Origin: an uncultured Candidatus Saccharibacteria bacterium
Lineage (GTDB): Bacteria; Patescibacteriota; WWE3; 2-01-FULL-39-13
Reading direction: 5' to 3'
NCBI GenBank assembly: GCA_964370865.1
Contig: CAYJKF010000003.1
Location: 86,359 to 150,358 of the forward strand
DNA length: 64,000 bases
Both the position numbers and the translations under genes were made by a program. Under the pieces are notes generated by a model. That model was not told the origin of the DNA. It did not search any database and was given only the letters and a program-made list of their open reading frames with translations. This document shows positions 39,648 through 48,901 of the stretch, in pieces (position 1 is the first letter of the stretch; the number at the start of each line of letters is the position of its first letter).

Positions 39648-40415
39648 TTAGTAACTATCTGCAGGTGCGATTATGCTTCTTGGAGCTTTAGGATTATATA
39701 AATCTTTTAAATACTCACTAGAATATTTATAAGTGAGATCTTTTTTTGGCACTATCACATATTGTGCATAGTCGGAACCTAATGGATTCTCTAAAGTACA
39801 CATTTCTAATAACGTAAGCTTTTCGAAATGTCTTCTGATTATTCGCATGGAATTGCCATGACAAGAAATCGCCACATTAATATTCTCCTTCAACATCCTT
39901 TTTTCAAGTTCTAGTATAAAAGGCGTTACTCTCGTCTCGACCATTTCTAAGGATTCGCCATTGGGAGGTGGAAAATCATAGGCCCTTCTGTATTTGGCGG
40001 CCAATTCTGGATTCTTAATTTGTAATTCCTCTTTGCTCGTTCCCATTAAGTCACCATAATTACGTTCGATAATTCTTTGATCTGTTTCGATTTTCGTATT
40101 GGGATGATACTTTAAGGCATACTTGGCAGTATCTATAGTTCTACGAAGTGGGGAAGTAATACACAAGTCAATCTTTTTGTCTTTTAACATTTCAGCTAAA
40201 TCCATTGCCTGTTGAACGCCCCTAGGTGTTAATCCAGAATCTCGCCACCCAGAAAAAATTTTAAGCAAATTATCCTCAGATTCTCCATGTCTAAATACTA
40301 TTAATGTAGGTTGCGTTGCAGAGTCATTTTTAGGCAATGGCCTAGTGTTGCCACCTGGGTTGGCAATAGATTCTTGGGCAGCTTTTACAATTTGCTGCAA
40401 TTCTTGCTCAGTCAT
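39648..40415 (-). CDS. gpmA: 2,3-bisphosphoglycerate-dependent phosphoglycerate mutase
   Basis: RHGES, FSGWRD, ERNYGDL, PPNGESL and HGNSMR. Confidence 0.88.
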   Translation of the reverse strand: MTEQELQQIVKAAQESIANPGGNTRPLPKNDSATQPTLIVFRHGESEDNLLKIFSGWRDSGLTPRGVQQAMDLAEMLKDKKIDLCITSPLRRTIDTAKYALKYHPNTKIETDQRIIERNYGDLMGTSKEELQIKNPELAAKYRRAYDFPPPNGESLEMVETRVTPFILELEKRMLKENINVAISCHGNSMRIIRRHFEKLTLLEMCTLENPLGSDYAQYVIVPKKDLTYKYSSEYLKDLYNPKAPRSIIAPADSY

Positions 40416-40427
40416 TTATTAATTGTA

Positions 40428-41162
40428 TTACGAATCTAGTGAAGTGCGAAATAGCAATATTAATTCACCGGCTATATTTAACTTTTTATTTTGAAGCTCC
40501 TCTTTAATTTCAGTAATATTTCCCTCGTAAAAATTCTCATGTAGTTTAGTCAATTCCTTCGCAATTACGATATAAACGTTTTTACCGAGCTGTTCTTGCA
40601 TTACTTCTATGGTGGAAAGTAGTCTAAAATGTGACTCAAAGGCAATATAAGTTACAGTTAAGTGATTGGACGATTTTTGAACTGATTTAAATAACTTTCT
40701 TCTATCCCCAGGCTTTCTTGGAACAAATCCTAAAAATGTGAATTTATCTGTAGGAAGTCCACTGCCAACAAGTGATACTATTACAGAAGATGGGCCAGGC
40801 AGTACCTCAACTTTTATTTCCTTATAGTCGACTGGGTTTTCCTTTAATATTTTCCTTACTTCCCGAACAACAGGAAATCCTGGGTCAGATATTAGTGGGG
40901 TTCCAGCATCTGTTACTATTCCCACATCCGTACCTTTTTTAAGTAACTCGATAATTTGAGTAACATTTGATCTTTCGTTATGTTCAAAGTTGCTATAGAA
41001 ATTTTTCTTATCTATCGAAAGTTTTAGTAATGAAAATAGTTTTCTGGTAACTCTGGTATCTTCGCAAAAAATGACATCTAATTTTTCAAGGACATTTTTT
41101 GCGCGAACAGTTATATCCTCTAGATTCCCAATAGGGGTTGGGATAATATACAAAGTTGCCAT
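40428..41162 (-). CDS. rsmI: 16S rRNA C1402 2'-O-methyltransferase
   Basis: TPIGNLEDIT, CEDTR, DAGTPLISDPG and KELTKLHE. Confidence 0.95.
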   Translation of the reverse strand: MATLYIIPTPIGNLEDITVRAKNVLEKLDVIFCEDTRVTRKLFSLLKLSIDKKNFYSNFEHNERSNVTQIIELLKKGTDVGIVTDAGTPLISDPGFPVVREVRKILKENPVDYKEIKVEVLPGPSSVIVSLVGSGLPTDKFTFLGFVPRKPGDRRKLFKSVQKSSNHLTVTYIAFESHFRLLSTIEVMQEQLGKNVYIVIAKELTKLHENFYEGNITEIKEELQNKKLNIAGELILLFRTSLDS

Positions 41163-41178
41163 TTATCAAATACAATGA

Positions 41179-42126
41179 TTAATTTACTTGATCAGGTTCA
41201 GAGGTCGGCAATGACTCAGTACCTTGATTATTCATTTCTTCATTATATTGTCGAAGTATCTCTTCAAAATCTATTTCCTCATCTTCAGTTTCGGGGGAGC
41301 TAGTATTATCATCAATACCTTTATATTCCGTATATCCATCTTCATCGGTTTCAGAATCATACTGAGATCCATATTCTCCTTGAGAATTTTGCATTTTCTC
41401 TTTTTGAATTTCCTCCATGGCTTCTTTTCCAAAGAAAGCTACCGCAGAAACTACCATTACAATCAATATTATCCAGAGTAAACAACATCCACCGTAAATT
41501 GCGCCAAAAGCTAGTTTATTTTTTGCATATGGAGGATTACCGGTCATTAATACCTCTCCTTTGTCATCAGTTTTTACAACTAATGATTTTGAAAATTTAT
41601 CATGCCAAGTTTGTTTATTTGGATCGATTAGATACCACATATAACCAAGAGATAACGTAATATTACTTAGGAGTTTTCCTAATTCTCTAATTATTACCTC
41701 AGTAACTGTTAATTTAGATAAGTTATCTTGATCCAAGACTTTTAACTTCATTACCATTTTTCCAAGAGTTTGACCTTTTGTTGTTAAGAAAAATACCTGA
41801 TATCCCATTGCCACAGCAAATGAAAATAGCTGTAACATTGCTTGAGCACCACTATATGCAGGCATACCCTGACCTTGTGTATTTACGCTAGCAGCGATAT
41901 CGCCTCCAATTGTTCCAGCATAAAAAGGAGCAGTTACTAAACCTACTAAAATAGCGTCGAGTAGTGATGCTACAAATCTTTCCCAAAAACTACCCATTTT
42001 AGGAGATCGACCAGATGTTTGTGAAACAGTAGAAGAAATTGGGGTAGATGACATTATTGATGGATTCGCTTCTACCACTACCTCTGAACTAGATACTGGT
42101 TCTTGAACGGTTTGTTGAATTGCCAT
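41179..42126 (-). CDS. RDD family membrane protein
   Basis: WERFVASLLD, GQTLGKMVMKLKV and QTWHDK. Confidence 0.9.
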   Translation of the reverse strand: MAIQQTVQEPVSSSEVVVEANPSIMSSTPISSTVSQTSGRSPKMGSFWERFVASLLDAILVGLVTAPFYAGTIGGDIAASVNTQGQGMPAYSGAQAMLQLFSFAVAMGYQVFFLTTKGQTLGKMVMKLKVLDQDNLSKLTVTEVIIRELGKLLSNITLSLGYMWYLIDPNKQTWHDKFSKSLVVKTDDKGEVLMTGNPPYAKNKLAFGAIYGGCCLLWIILIVMVVSAVAFFGKEAMEEIQKEKMQNSQGEYGSQYDSETDEDGYTEYKGIDDNTSSPETEDEEIDFEEILRQYNEEMNNQGTESLPTSEPDQVN

Positions 42127-42182
42127 TTATTTCAAATAAATATATATAGGTAAATGTTATCACTTAATGCTAAAATTTCGTA

Positions 42183-42827
42183 ATGATTTCAGAATATTTA
42201 CAACCGATTGCCGAACTTATAACCAGTTTAATTCTACAATTTGGATATTGGGGGATAATTTTCGCTACTGTGGTCGAAAATATTATAGCTCCAATACCTT
42301 CAGAATTTATTTTTCCATGGGCTGGATACTTAGCATACCAAGGTGAAATGAATCTATTCTTAATATCATTATCTGGTGCCATAGGATCTACAATAGCTGC
42401 ATTAGTCCTTTACTACTTCGGAACAAAGTTTAATGGACCCAAGACCAGAGCCTTTGTCGACAAATACGGAAAGTTCCTCTTTATTTCCCTTGAAGATCTT
42501 GAAAAAACCGAAGCGTGGTTTACGAAATATGGAGTTTGGACAGTATTCTTCTTAAGAATGACACCAATTGGCCGTACTATAATCTCCGTTCCAGCAGGAT
42601 TTATAAAGATGAACCTAGCTCAATTCACAATCCTAACCTTCGCAGGAACCTTTTTATGGTGCTTTGTCTTATCTTATGCAGGATATATCTTTGGAAGCCA
42701 ATGGGAAACAGTCTCACAAGTCTTAGCTGGCTATGAGCATTTAGTCATATATGGATTTGTAGTAGCTTTTATGGTCTTCTTATTCTTCAAACGAAGACAC
42801 ATACCATTTGTGGGGAAGTATTTGTAG
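42183..42827 (+). CDS. DedA family membrane protein
   Basis: PIPSE, AGY, WFTKYG..FLRMTP..RTIISVPAG. Confidence 0.92.
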   Translation: MISEYLQPIAELITSLILQFGYWGIIFATVVENIIAPIPSEFIFPWAGYLAYQGEMNLFLISLSGAIGSTIAALVLYYFGTKFNGPKTRAFVDKYGKFLFISLEDLEKTEAWFTKYGVWTVFFLRMTPIGRTIISVPAGFIKMNLAQFTILTFAGTFLWCFVLSYAGYIFGSQWETVSQVLAGYEHLVIYGFVVAFMVFLFFKRRHIPFVGKYL

Positions 42828-42853
42828 ATAAAGCTTCACTTCCTTACTTTATT

Positions 42854-43285
42854 CTAAGTTTCCCATGGATAAGTTACGAAATGCTTATTAGGCATTTTAT
42901 GAGAAAAATACTTCGGGACTAAAATTGAGGTTCTTGGAAAATAATGCAAACACAAAATGTCTAACTGTTTAATATTGTAATTATCTTCGATTCTCTGCTT
43001 AGCGGGCCCAATGGTTTTGCCAGTACGCAATAAATCAGAAACTAATAATACATTACCGGATACCTGACGAATTGGCAGGAAGGCATTTTGATAAGTCTGA
43101 CCTGTAATTTCTCCTCGCGTTGTGGTTATTGTAGACATATCTAACAACTGACTTAAATAGCCAGCTGGCACAATTCCACCACGACTCATTGCAACAATCC
43201 AATCATATTTAAAATTCTCCCTTTTAATGCGCTTAGCTAATTTATTAATATCTTCTAAAAATTCGTTATAAGTGTAGTAGAACAT
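42854..43285 (-). CDS. Type I phosphoribosyltransferase (Gpt/Hpt-like), atypical PRPP loop
   Basis: SRGGIVPA, VLLVSDLLRTGKT (SD replaces DD) and C-terminal YPWE. Confidence 0.8.
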   Translation of the reverse strand: MFYYTYNEFLEDINKLAKRIKRENFKYDWIVAMSRGGIVPAGYLSQLLDMSTITTTRGEITGQTYQNAFLPIRQVSGNVLLVSDLLRTGKTIGPAKQRIEDNYNIKQLDILCLHYFPRTSILVPKYFSHKMPNKHFVTYPWET

Positions 43286-43304
43286 TTAAAGATTAACGAT
43301 AACA

Positions 43305-43706
43305 CTACCACCTAAACATCCCCAATGCCTCATTTAGATAATCCATAGCCGTCAATACCTGACCGTTTTTGGCATCTTCATTATGATATTGGGAATCTGT
43401 TAATAAGGCAACTGCAAGCTGAACTTTACTCTTTGCAAAGATTTCCTGATCTAAATTTCTAGCAACCTCGTGTGCGCTTGCTGCAAGTTCTAAAGCTTCT
43501 GCTGATAAATCTTTTTTCTCATTCTCATCATCAGATTGACTGATTAAAGTGGAATAACAAATATAAAGCTGTTGTGAAACTTTTAAATAGGAAACAAAAT
43601 CTGAGGATTCTAAACTTTCATCCGCTAAAGTTTCAAAACCGATTAACGCTTCCTGAATCTGTCCTTTTTCACGAAGTGTAACCAGCTCTGAAAAACTAGT
43701 GGTCAT
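43305..43706 (-). CDS. Helical-repeat (TPR-like) hypothetical protein
   Basis: 133-aa all-helical ORF. TGATATACT element just before ATG. Confidence 0.65.
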   Translation of the reverse strand: MTTSFSELVTLREKGQIQEALIGFETLADESLESSDFVSYLKVSQQLYICYSTLISQSDDENEKKDLSAEALELAASAHEVARNLDQEIFAKSKVQLAVALLTDSQYHNEDAKNGQVLTAMDYLNEALGMFRW

Positions 43707-43747
43707 TAAAACAGTATATCAGAAATAAAATAGGAATTAAAAACTAC

Positions 43748-43820
43748 AAACAAACCCATAAGTAAAAAATTATCTTATCCCTTTCGGGCACCCGTTTATT
43801 AGAACGGATGGGGTTTGTTT
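43748..43820 (-). other. Predicted four-way-junction RNA structure 3' of the Cys-rich microprotein gene
   Basis: P1 AAACAAACCC/GGGTTTGTTT, P2 CATCCGTT/AACGGGTG, P3 CCC-GAAA-GGG and P4 ATAAG/CTTAT, with no unpaired junction bases. Confidence 0.65.
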
Positions 43821-43842
43821 TATTATGGTCAAGAAGGTTTAC

Positions 43843-43965
43843 TTAATATTCGCAACCTCTTGCCTTGTTACAGCAATGCGCACCTCTGTCACACTGAGCG
43901 CAACTACAACTGCACGGGCCACCCACACGGATGGAATGGAAAAAATGCAAAAATCTTTCCCACAT
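43843..43965 (-). CDS. 40-aa Cys-rich microprotein MWERFLHFFHSIRVGGPCSCSCAQCDRGAHCCNKARGCEY
   Basis: SD GAGGGAG 7 nt before ATG; own promoter, leader hairpin and 3' structure; 7 Cys and 3 His. Confidence 0.7.
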   Translation of the reverse strand: MWERFLHFFHSIRVGGPCSCSCAQCDRGAHCCNKARGCEY

Positions 43966-43969
43966 ATAA

Positions 43970-44045
43970 CAACTCCCTCTTCTTAAAGGTCTCCGCGTTG
44001 GAAACACTATTACTATAGGATAGTCCAATTGGGCAGAAAAGTCAA
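43970..44045 (-). promoter_or_regulatory. Promoter TTGACT-N17-TATCCT plus leader hairpin GTTTCC-AACGC-GGAGAC and boxA-like CCTTTAAGAA
   Basis: Read directly on the minus strand. Hairpin at 43989..44005. Confidence 0.7.
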
Positions 44046-44101
44046 GATAAGAAGGTTGAAAATAGGCTAGGGATACGACCTTAAAGCAGAGAGGGCTCTA
44101 T

Positions 44102-44719
44102 TTAATACTTACGAATAACGCCGATAACACGGCCTTTTACTTCTACATTAGTAGCGTAGATAGGATCCATGGTTGGATTTTCTGGTTGTAATCTAACTCG
44201 ATCGGCTTCTTTAAAAAATCTTTTTAGAGTTGCGAATTCCCCGTCGACAATAGCAACAACAATTTCACCATTATTAACACTGTTAACTTGTTCGCAAACA
44301 ACGTAGTCGCCATTTTCGATATGTGCATCAATCATTGAGTCTCCAACAACCTGTAAAACAAATGTCCTTTTACTTCTGCTAACCATATCAGCAGGAATAC
44401 TCATTGTAGTAGTTGTGTCTTCAATTGCTTCGATAGGTTTACCAGCAGCAATTAAACCAACAACAGGCACTTCTATGGATTCCATAGGAGTAAAAATAGA
44501 ATCGGAATCAACAACTCTGATTCCACGTGCTTCGCCAAATAGGCGTTCGATAAGACCTTTTTTTTCTAGAGAATCTAAATGTTCTGCAACCGTTGAAAGG
44601 GATTTTAAATTCATTGCTTCAGAAATTTGTTTTAGAGTAGGGGATGAACCTACTTTTTGAATATATTGTTTAATAAATTCGTAAATCTCTTTTTGTCTTG
44701 GATATAAATAGACTGGCAT
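44102..44719 (-). CDS. lexA: LexA SOS repressor
   Basis: RQKEIYEFI winged HTH, AAG cleavage site, catalytic Ser (GDSM) and Lys (TLKR). Start reassigned to MPVYL. Confidence 0.96.
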   Translation of the reverse strand: MPVYLYPRQKEIYEFIKQYIQKVGSSPTLKQISEAMNLKSLSTVAEHLDSLEKKGLIERLFGEARGIRVVDSDSIFTPMESIEVPVVGLIAAGKPIEAIEDTTTTMSIPADMVSRSKRTFVLQVVGDSMIDAHIENGDYVVCEQVNSVNNGEIVVAIVDGEFATLKRFFKEADRVRLQPENPTMDPIYATNVEVKGRVIGVIRKY

Positions 44720-44728
44720 AATGAGTTG

Positions 44729-44758
44729 ACTATACCGAACATTACCCGAAAATGTCAA
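44729..44758 (-). promoter_or_regulatory. lexA promoter (TTGACA-N18-TATAGT) containing a TTCGG-N6-TTCGG direct repeat, a putative LexA operator
   Basis: Minus strand TTGACAttTTCGGgtaatgTTCGGTATAGT. The repeat occupies 44735..44750. Confidence 0.8.
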
Positions 44759-44824
44759 GTATTTAAAAAACGAGAAATACCAAAACCATTGATAATGAAC
44801 TAGAAAACTGCTAATTTTTACGAA

Positions 44825-46408
44825 GTGTACAAAAACATTTCTTACACAACCATCGCATTAATCCTCGTGTTCGGGTCTGCATTTGTTTTCTTTAGTAAAG
44901 TTTCAGCACAATCAACACCACCAGGATATGGAATTATTGGTGACAGTAACTCAGATGAATATCGTGCAGACGATAATAGAGGAGGAACATATGCAGCAAC
45001 CACATTAAATTTTGTTGAACTTTTAGTTAGAAATGGCAACCTAAACTTTGGATCATGGGGAACATGGGGAGAACCAAGAAGAACAGGCTATAAATATAAT
45101 TGGAGTCGAAGCGCAGCAAGACTAAGGGACATGATAACCACTGGTCAACACACAGGCTTAGCCCAACAAATACAAAATGGAGAAGTTAAACATGTGTTTA
45201 TATCAATCGGTACTAATGACTTTCACATTTGGAACAACACATACAATGAGATATATAACGGTACACTATCAGATGCTCAAGTACAAACAAAAGTAAATCA
45301 AATGATTGCTGATATAACACTAGCAGTAGATACCGTTAAAAATGCTGGTGCAGAGTCAATTGTTGTATCAAATATAAGTGACCCAGGATTACATCCTATG
45401 TTTATAAGCGCATTTCCAGTAGCTTCAGGAAGGGAGAGAGTTAGCGCTGCAATTAATCAATACAACGCAGCTGTACTGAATTTAGCGACAACAAAAAACA
45501 TTGGATTCTTTGACCAACACGCGTGGGGAGTTTCATTATTGAACAGAGTTGATTCTAATGGATTTTTAAACGTAGGGGGAGAACTAATTAACACAACGGT
45601 TATGAATAATGAGCCTCACCATTTTCAACTAGGAGATTCAGTAGGGCACATGGGAACGGTTGCTAATGGTCTAGTTGCAAACGAATGGTTTATTGCTCCC
45701 CTTAATCAGAAATATGGATTAAACTTAGTTCCCTTTACCGAGCAAGAAATCATAACCAATGCAGGTATTATTACAAATAATCCAACACCTACACCAACTG
45801 CTACTCCAACAGCAACGCCATCGGTTACTCCAAGCCCAACTCCTACCCCAACAGTAACACCAAGTCCGACACCTACCGCAACTCCAACACCATCTGTCAC
45901 ACCAAGTCCTATGCCAACTGCGACACCAACGCCAACTCCTACTCCAACATCACAAGTGGGGTGGAATTTTCCTCCTAGATCATATTCAATAGTTACAGGC
46001 AAGAGATTATCCGGAAATCTATCAAGCGTAACTTCAAATAACAACAGCTATCTAGTAGTTAAAAGTCAAACCTCTGGAACAACTAGATTCGCCAGAACAG
46101 AATATACATTTAGTAATTTCACAGGCGTAACTTCTGCGTCAAAATTAACATTTACAATCAACGCATTTTCAAATGTTAGTGCGACAAATGGAAAAATAAT
46201 GATATTAAAAGCTAGTACAGGTCAGTGGGAAACACTATCTACTTTTACCCTAGGTACAACTGAAGGTGTATATACAGGAGTGGTAAATGCAGACTTAGCA
46301 ACCTATGCAAATACCAGTGGAGTAATAAAACTAAGATTAGAAACAAGCAAAGGAAAGACAACAACAACCACGTCGACAGACTTCGTTCAACTTACCGTAA
46401 CTCCATAA
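44825..46408 (+). CDS. Secreted SGNH/GDSL esterase with a long PT linker and a C-terminal beta domain
   Basis: Signal peptide; GDSNS block I, GTND block III and DSVGH; (TP)n linker at about 45780..45950. Confidence 0.85.
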   Translation: MYKNISYTTIALILVFGSAFVFFSKVSAQSTPPGYGIIGDSNSDEYRADDNRGGTYAATTLNFVELLVRNGNLNFGSWGTWGEPRRTGYKYNWSRSAARLRDMITTGQHTGLAQQIQNGEVKHVFISIGTNDFHIWNNTYNEIYNGTLSDAQVQTKVNQMIADITLAVDTVKNAGAESIVVSNISDPGLHPMFISAFPVASGRERVSAAINQYNAAVLNLATTKNIGFFDQHAWGVSLLNRVDSNGFLNVGGELINTTVMNNEPHHFQLGDSVGHMGTVANGLVANEWFIAPLNQKYGLNLVPFTEQEIITNAGIITNNPTPTPTATPTATPSVTPSPTPTPTVTPSPTPTATPTPSVTPSPMPTATPTPTPTPTSQVGWNFPPRSYSIVTGKRLSGNLSSVTSNNNSYLVVKSQTSGTTRFARTEYTFSNFTGVTSASKLTFTINAFSNVSATNGKIMILKASTGQWETLSTFTLGTTEGVYTGVVNADLATYANTSGVIKLRLETSKGKTTTTTSTDFVQLTVTP

Positions 46409-46422
46409 TCTAAGGGGTTTCC

Positions 46423-48369
46423 TTACTTAATTATCCAATATAATTCTTCACCATTATCTGAAAGCTGAACGGAGGCCAGAGTTTTAATCATTTCACCTGC
46501 ATTGGCGCCAAACAGCTCTCTTTCATTTCTACCTACCACTACGTATTCGATCTCATACCTATTAAGTAGATCTTGTACCTCTAAGTGAGATGCTGATGTA
46601 TACATTTTTTCAATATCACCCATACGGCTTGCAATATAAGGCCAGTCATTTCTCCAACCAAGCTCATGCTCATACCAACCAGCTACTGTAGGTAAACCAG
46701 TATAAGCAGAAACAGTGGAGAAGTTGGAATAAGATTTGCCATGAGCTTCTAGAATTACAGGCTGGCCTTCAATTTCTTGATTTAGCCAATCAATTGTTTT
46801 TTTCTTACCAGGATTAGTATCATCCAAGTACTTATATCCATCTAAACCAACAAATTTCCTATTATTTAAAATATATTTATACGAAATCACAGGATAAGTG
46901 AATATAAAAATTGATAGCGAAATTACTATAATTAATAAGGACAAATTCATTTTGTAACGAAATTTTGTTCGAATAGAATCAACAAGAGTAGAAAGGGAAA
47001 CTCCCGAGATAATTACAAATAATATCCAGGATTGGTACCAGAATTTAAAAAATGTATTTGCTCGATAGAATGGGGGATTAAGAGAATCATAAATATCCTT
47101 AACATAAAATACCATTGGTACAATCATTAAAGTTAACGCAGATAGTAATAGAATATTAAAAGCCATTTTATTATTCTGCTTTTTGTAATTAATAATTCCT
47201 ACGATAGATAGAAGAAGAAAATAACCAAACATTATTATAATCGCGGTTATTGGAGTAGGGTCTCGAACTAAACCAATTCCAGAAGTCGGATTAGTGAAAT
47301 CATGAAGATACCTAAAGATAAATAAAATCGACGTTGCAGGAATAACGAAAAGCAGAAGTAAGGACCTAGGATTGTTGTATCCTTTAATAAAATGTATAAG
47401 AGCGAATAAACCGCAATAAATAACAAAATCCCAAGAATTAATAATAAACAAAGTGCCTAAGACTAAAGATAGATTTATATAAAAAGGAATCGAAATTTTA
47501 TTCTCCTTAAACTCTATACATACAATACATAATCCAATTGCCAGCAAAACGAATGGGACACTAATAATATGTGCGTGCAAATTCCCAATTATAAAACTGT
47601 ATGCTGGAAATTCATTAATAGTACGTTCGATTAAACTTCTAGCATCAGCATAAAAGTATGCAACCTCATTTTTGAATAATATGTGATTGAGGAATGATAG
47701 ATTTCCACCAACTACTAATAATAAACTAGAAAAAATACCAACCCACGCCTTTTTCGTAAGATGATGAACAATAGAAAACATTCCTGTTGCGGCTGTTGCA
47801 AACGTATATGCTACGAAAATATTATAAAGAATGGCATTTGAGATTGATGATAGCTTCGCAACTACTGCAACAATAAAGTGTCCAAAATAATAGTAATTAA
47901 TTGTATGACCAGAAAACCAAACATCTTGTGGAGGCATAACTTCAGTACGGGTTAGTCCATTTATTAATGCGATGTCCATAATATCCTCGACATTATTAAT
48001 ACTAGGAATAAAGGATCGAACTGCCAGCATTGCAAAGAAAGCCACAAAAAATAGGACTTCGGATTTAAGGATATTTAGTAAGAGGGCGGGCTCGCTTAGG
48101 CGAGCCCGCCAAAGATGTGGTTTTCTGTAATACAGAAAACCGCAAACAGCCATTAGCACCAAAACTATTATCCAGAGTGAACTCTGTGTAATATGAAACC
48201 CAAGGATATAACTTAGAATCCAAGCTATATAAGAAACAAAAATTAGACCTAAAGTCCCAGCAAAGGCATATCCTTTATCCAAAAACTTCGGCATCAATAC
48301 CTGAGTTGCAGAAAACCCTATAACTCTAACTGCATATATGACGACTAAGAATAAAAATATTTCGTACAT
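46423..48369 (-). CDS. DUF2298 / YYY-motif polytopic membrane protein (GT-C-like glycosyltransferase candidate)
   Basis: PPQDVWFSG..INYYYFGH, INEFP, NLHAH, NSWDF, RANTFFKF and TGLPTVAGW..HE. Confidence 0.85.
   Translation of the reverse strand: MYEIFLFLVVIYAVRVIGFSATQVLMPKFLDKGYAFAGTLGLIFVSYIAWILSYILGFHITQSSLWIIVLVLMAVCGFLYYRKPHLWRARLSEPALLLNILKSEVLFFVAFFAMLAVRSFIPSINNVEDIMDIALINGLTRTEVMPPQDVWFSGHTINYYYFGHFIVAVVAKLSSISNAILYNIFVAYTFATAATGMFSIVHHLTKKAWVGIFSSLLLVVGGNLSFLNHILFKNEVAYFYADARSLIERTINEFPAYSFIIGNLHAHIISVPFVLLAIGLCIVCIEFKENKISIPFYINLSLVLGTLFIINSWDFVIYCGLFALIHFIKGYNNPRSLLLLFVIPATSILFIFRYLHDFTNPTSGIGLVRDPTPITAIIIMFGYFLLLSIVGIINYKKQNNKMAFNILLLSALTLMIVPMVFYVKDIYDSLNPPFYRANTFFKFWYQSWILFVIISGVSLSTLVDSIRTKFRYKMNLSLLIIVISLSIFIFTYPVISYKYILNNRKFVGLDGYKYLDDTNPGKKKTIDWLNQEIEGQPVILEAHGKSYSNFSTVSAYTGLPTVAGWYEHELGWRNDWPYIASRMGDIEKMYTSASHLEVQDLLNRYEIEYVVVGRNERELFGANAGEMIKTLASVQLSDNGEELYWIIK
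48085..48110. repeat. GC-rich perfect palindrome inside a coding sequence (REP-like)
   Basis: GGCGGGCTCGC-TTAG-GCGAGCCCGCC within an AT-rich gene. Confidence 0.6.
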
Positions 48370-48412
48370 TATGTATAGTAAATATGATAACAGCTAACTA
48401 TAATACCTATCT

Positions 48413-48889
48413 ATGATAATTGCACTAGAAAATCTACGCAGTTTGTACAATGTCGGAGCAATAATGAGGACAGCTGAATTTTTAGGATTCAAACACATAG
48501 CTCTAGTCGGCTATTCTGGAATTGATCCTCGCGATACCGAATTACTCCACCATAGAATTCGAAAAACCTCTCTTACTGCAATTGAAAACCTATTAATAGA
48601 ACATGTTGGAAATATTGACGACTTACTAGAAAAGTATCCTGACTATGAATTAATCTGCATAGAAAACAATGTGGAAGGTTCTAAAAGCCTTTCTGATATA
48701 AAGGTATCAGATAAATCAATCATTCTCTTTGGTAACGAAAAGGATGGAGTGGAAAAATCCACTCTGACAAAAGCCAATTCAATTTACGAAATACCACGGA
48801 TTGGCAAGCATTCTTCACTGAATGTGGAAGCATGCGCTGCTGTCGTTTTATATCAAGTGCGACCTCTAAAGAGGTCGCACCCTATCTGA
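48413..48889 (+). CDS. SpoU/TrmH family RNA methyltransferase
   Basis: NVGAIMRTA, FGNEKDG and IPRIG..SLNV. Confidence 0.9.
   Translation: MIIALENLRSLYNVGAIMRTAEFLGFKHIALVGYSGIDPRDTELLHHRIRKTSLTAIENLLIEHVGNIDDLLEKYPDYELICIENNVEGSKSLSDIKVSDKSIILFGNEKDGVEKSTLTKANSIYEIPRIGKHSSLNVEACAAVVLYQVRPLKRSHPI
48857..48880. repeat. REP-like palindrome in the last codons of the TrmH-family gene
   Basis: GTGCGACCTCT-AA-AGAGGTCGCAC. Shares AGAGGTCGC with the 19077 palindrome. Confidence 0.6.
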
Positions 48890-48901
48890 TAGAATATACT
48901 C

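Noticed and set aside
43815-44018. 67-aa plus-strand ORF
   Set aside because: It is antisense to the microprotein, which has the promoter, SD and 3' structure.
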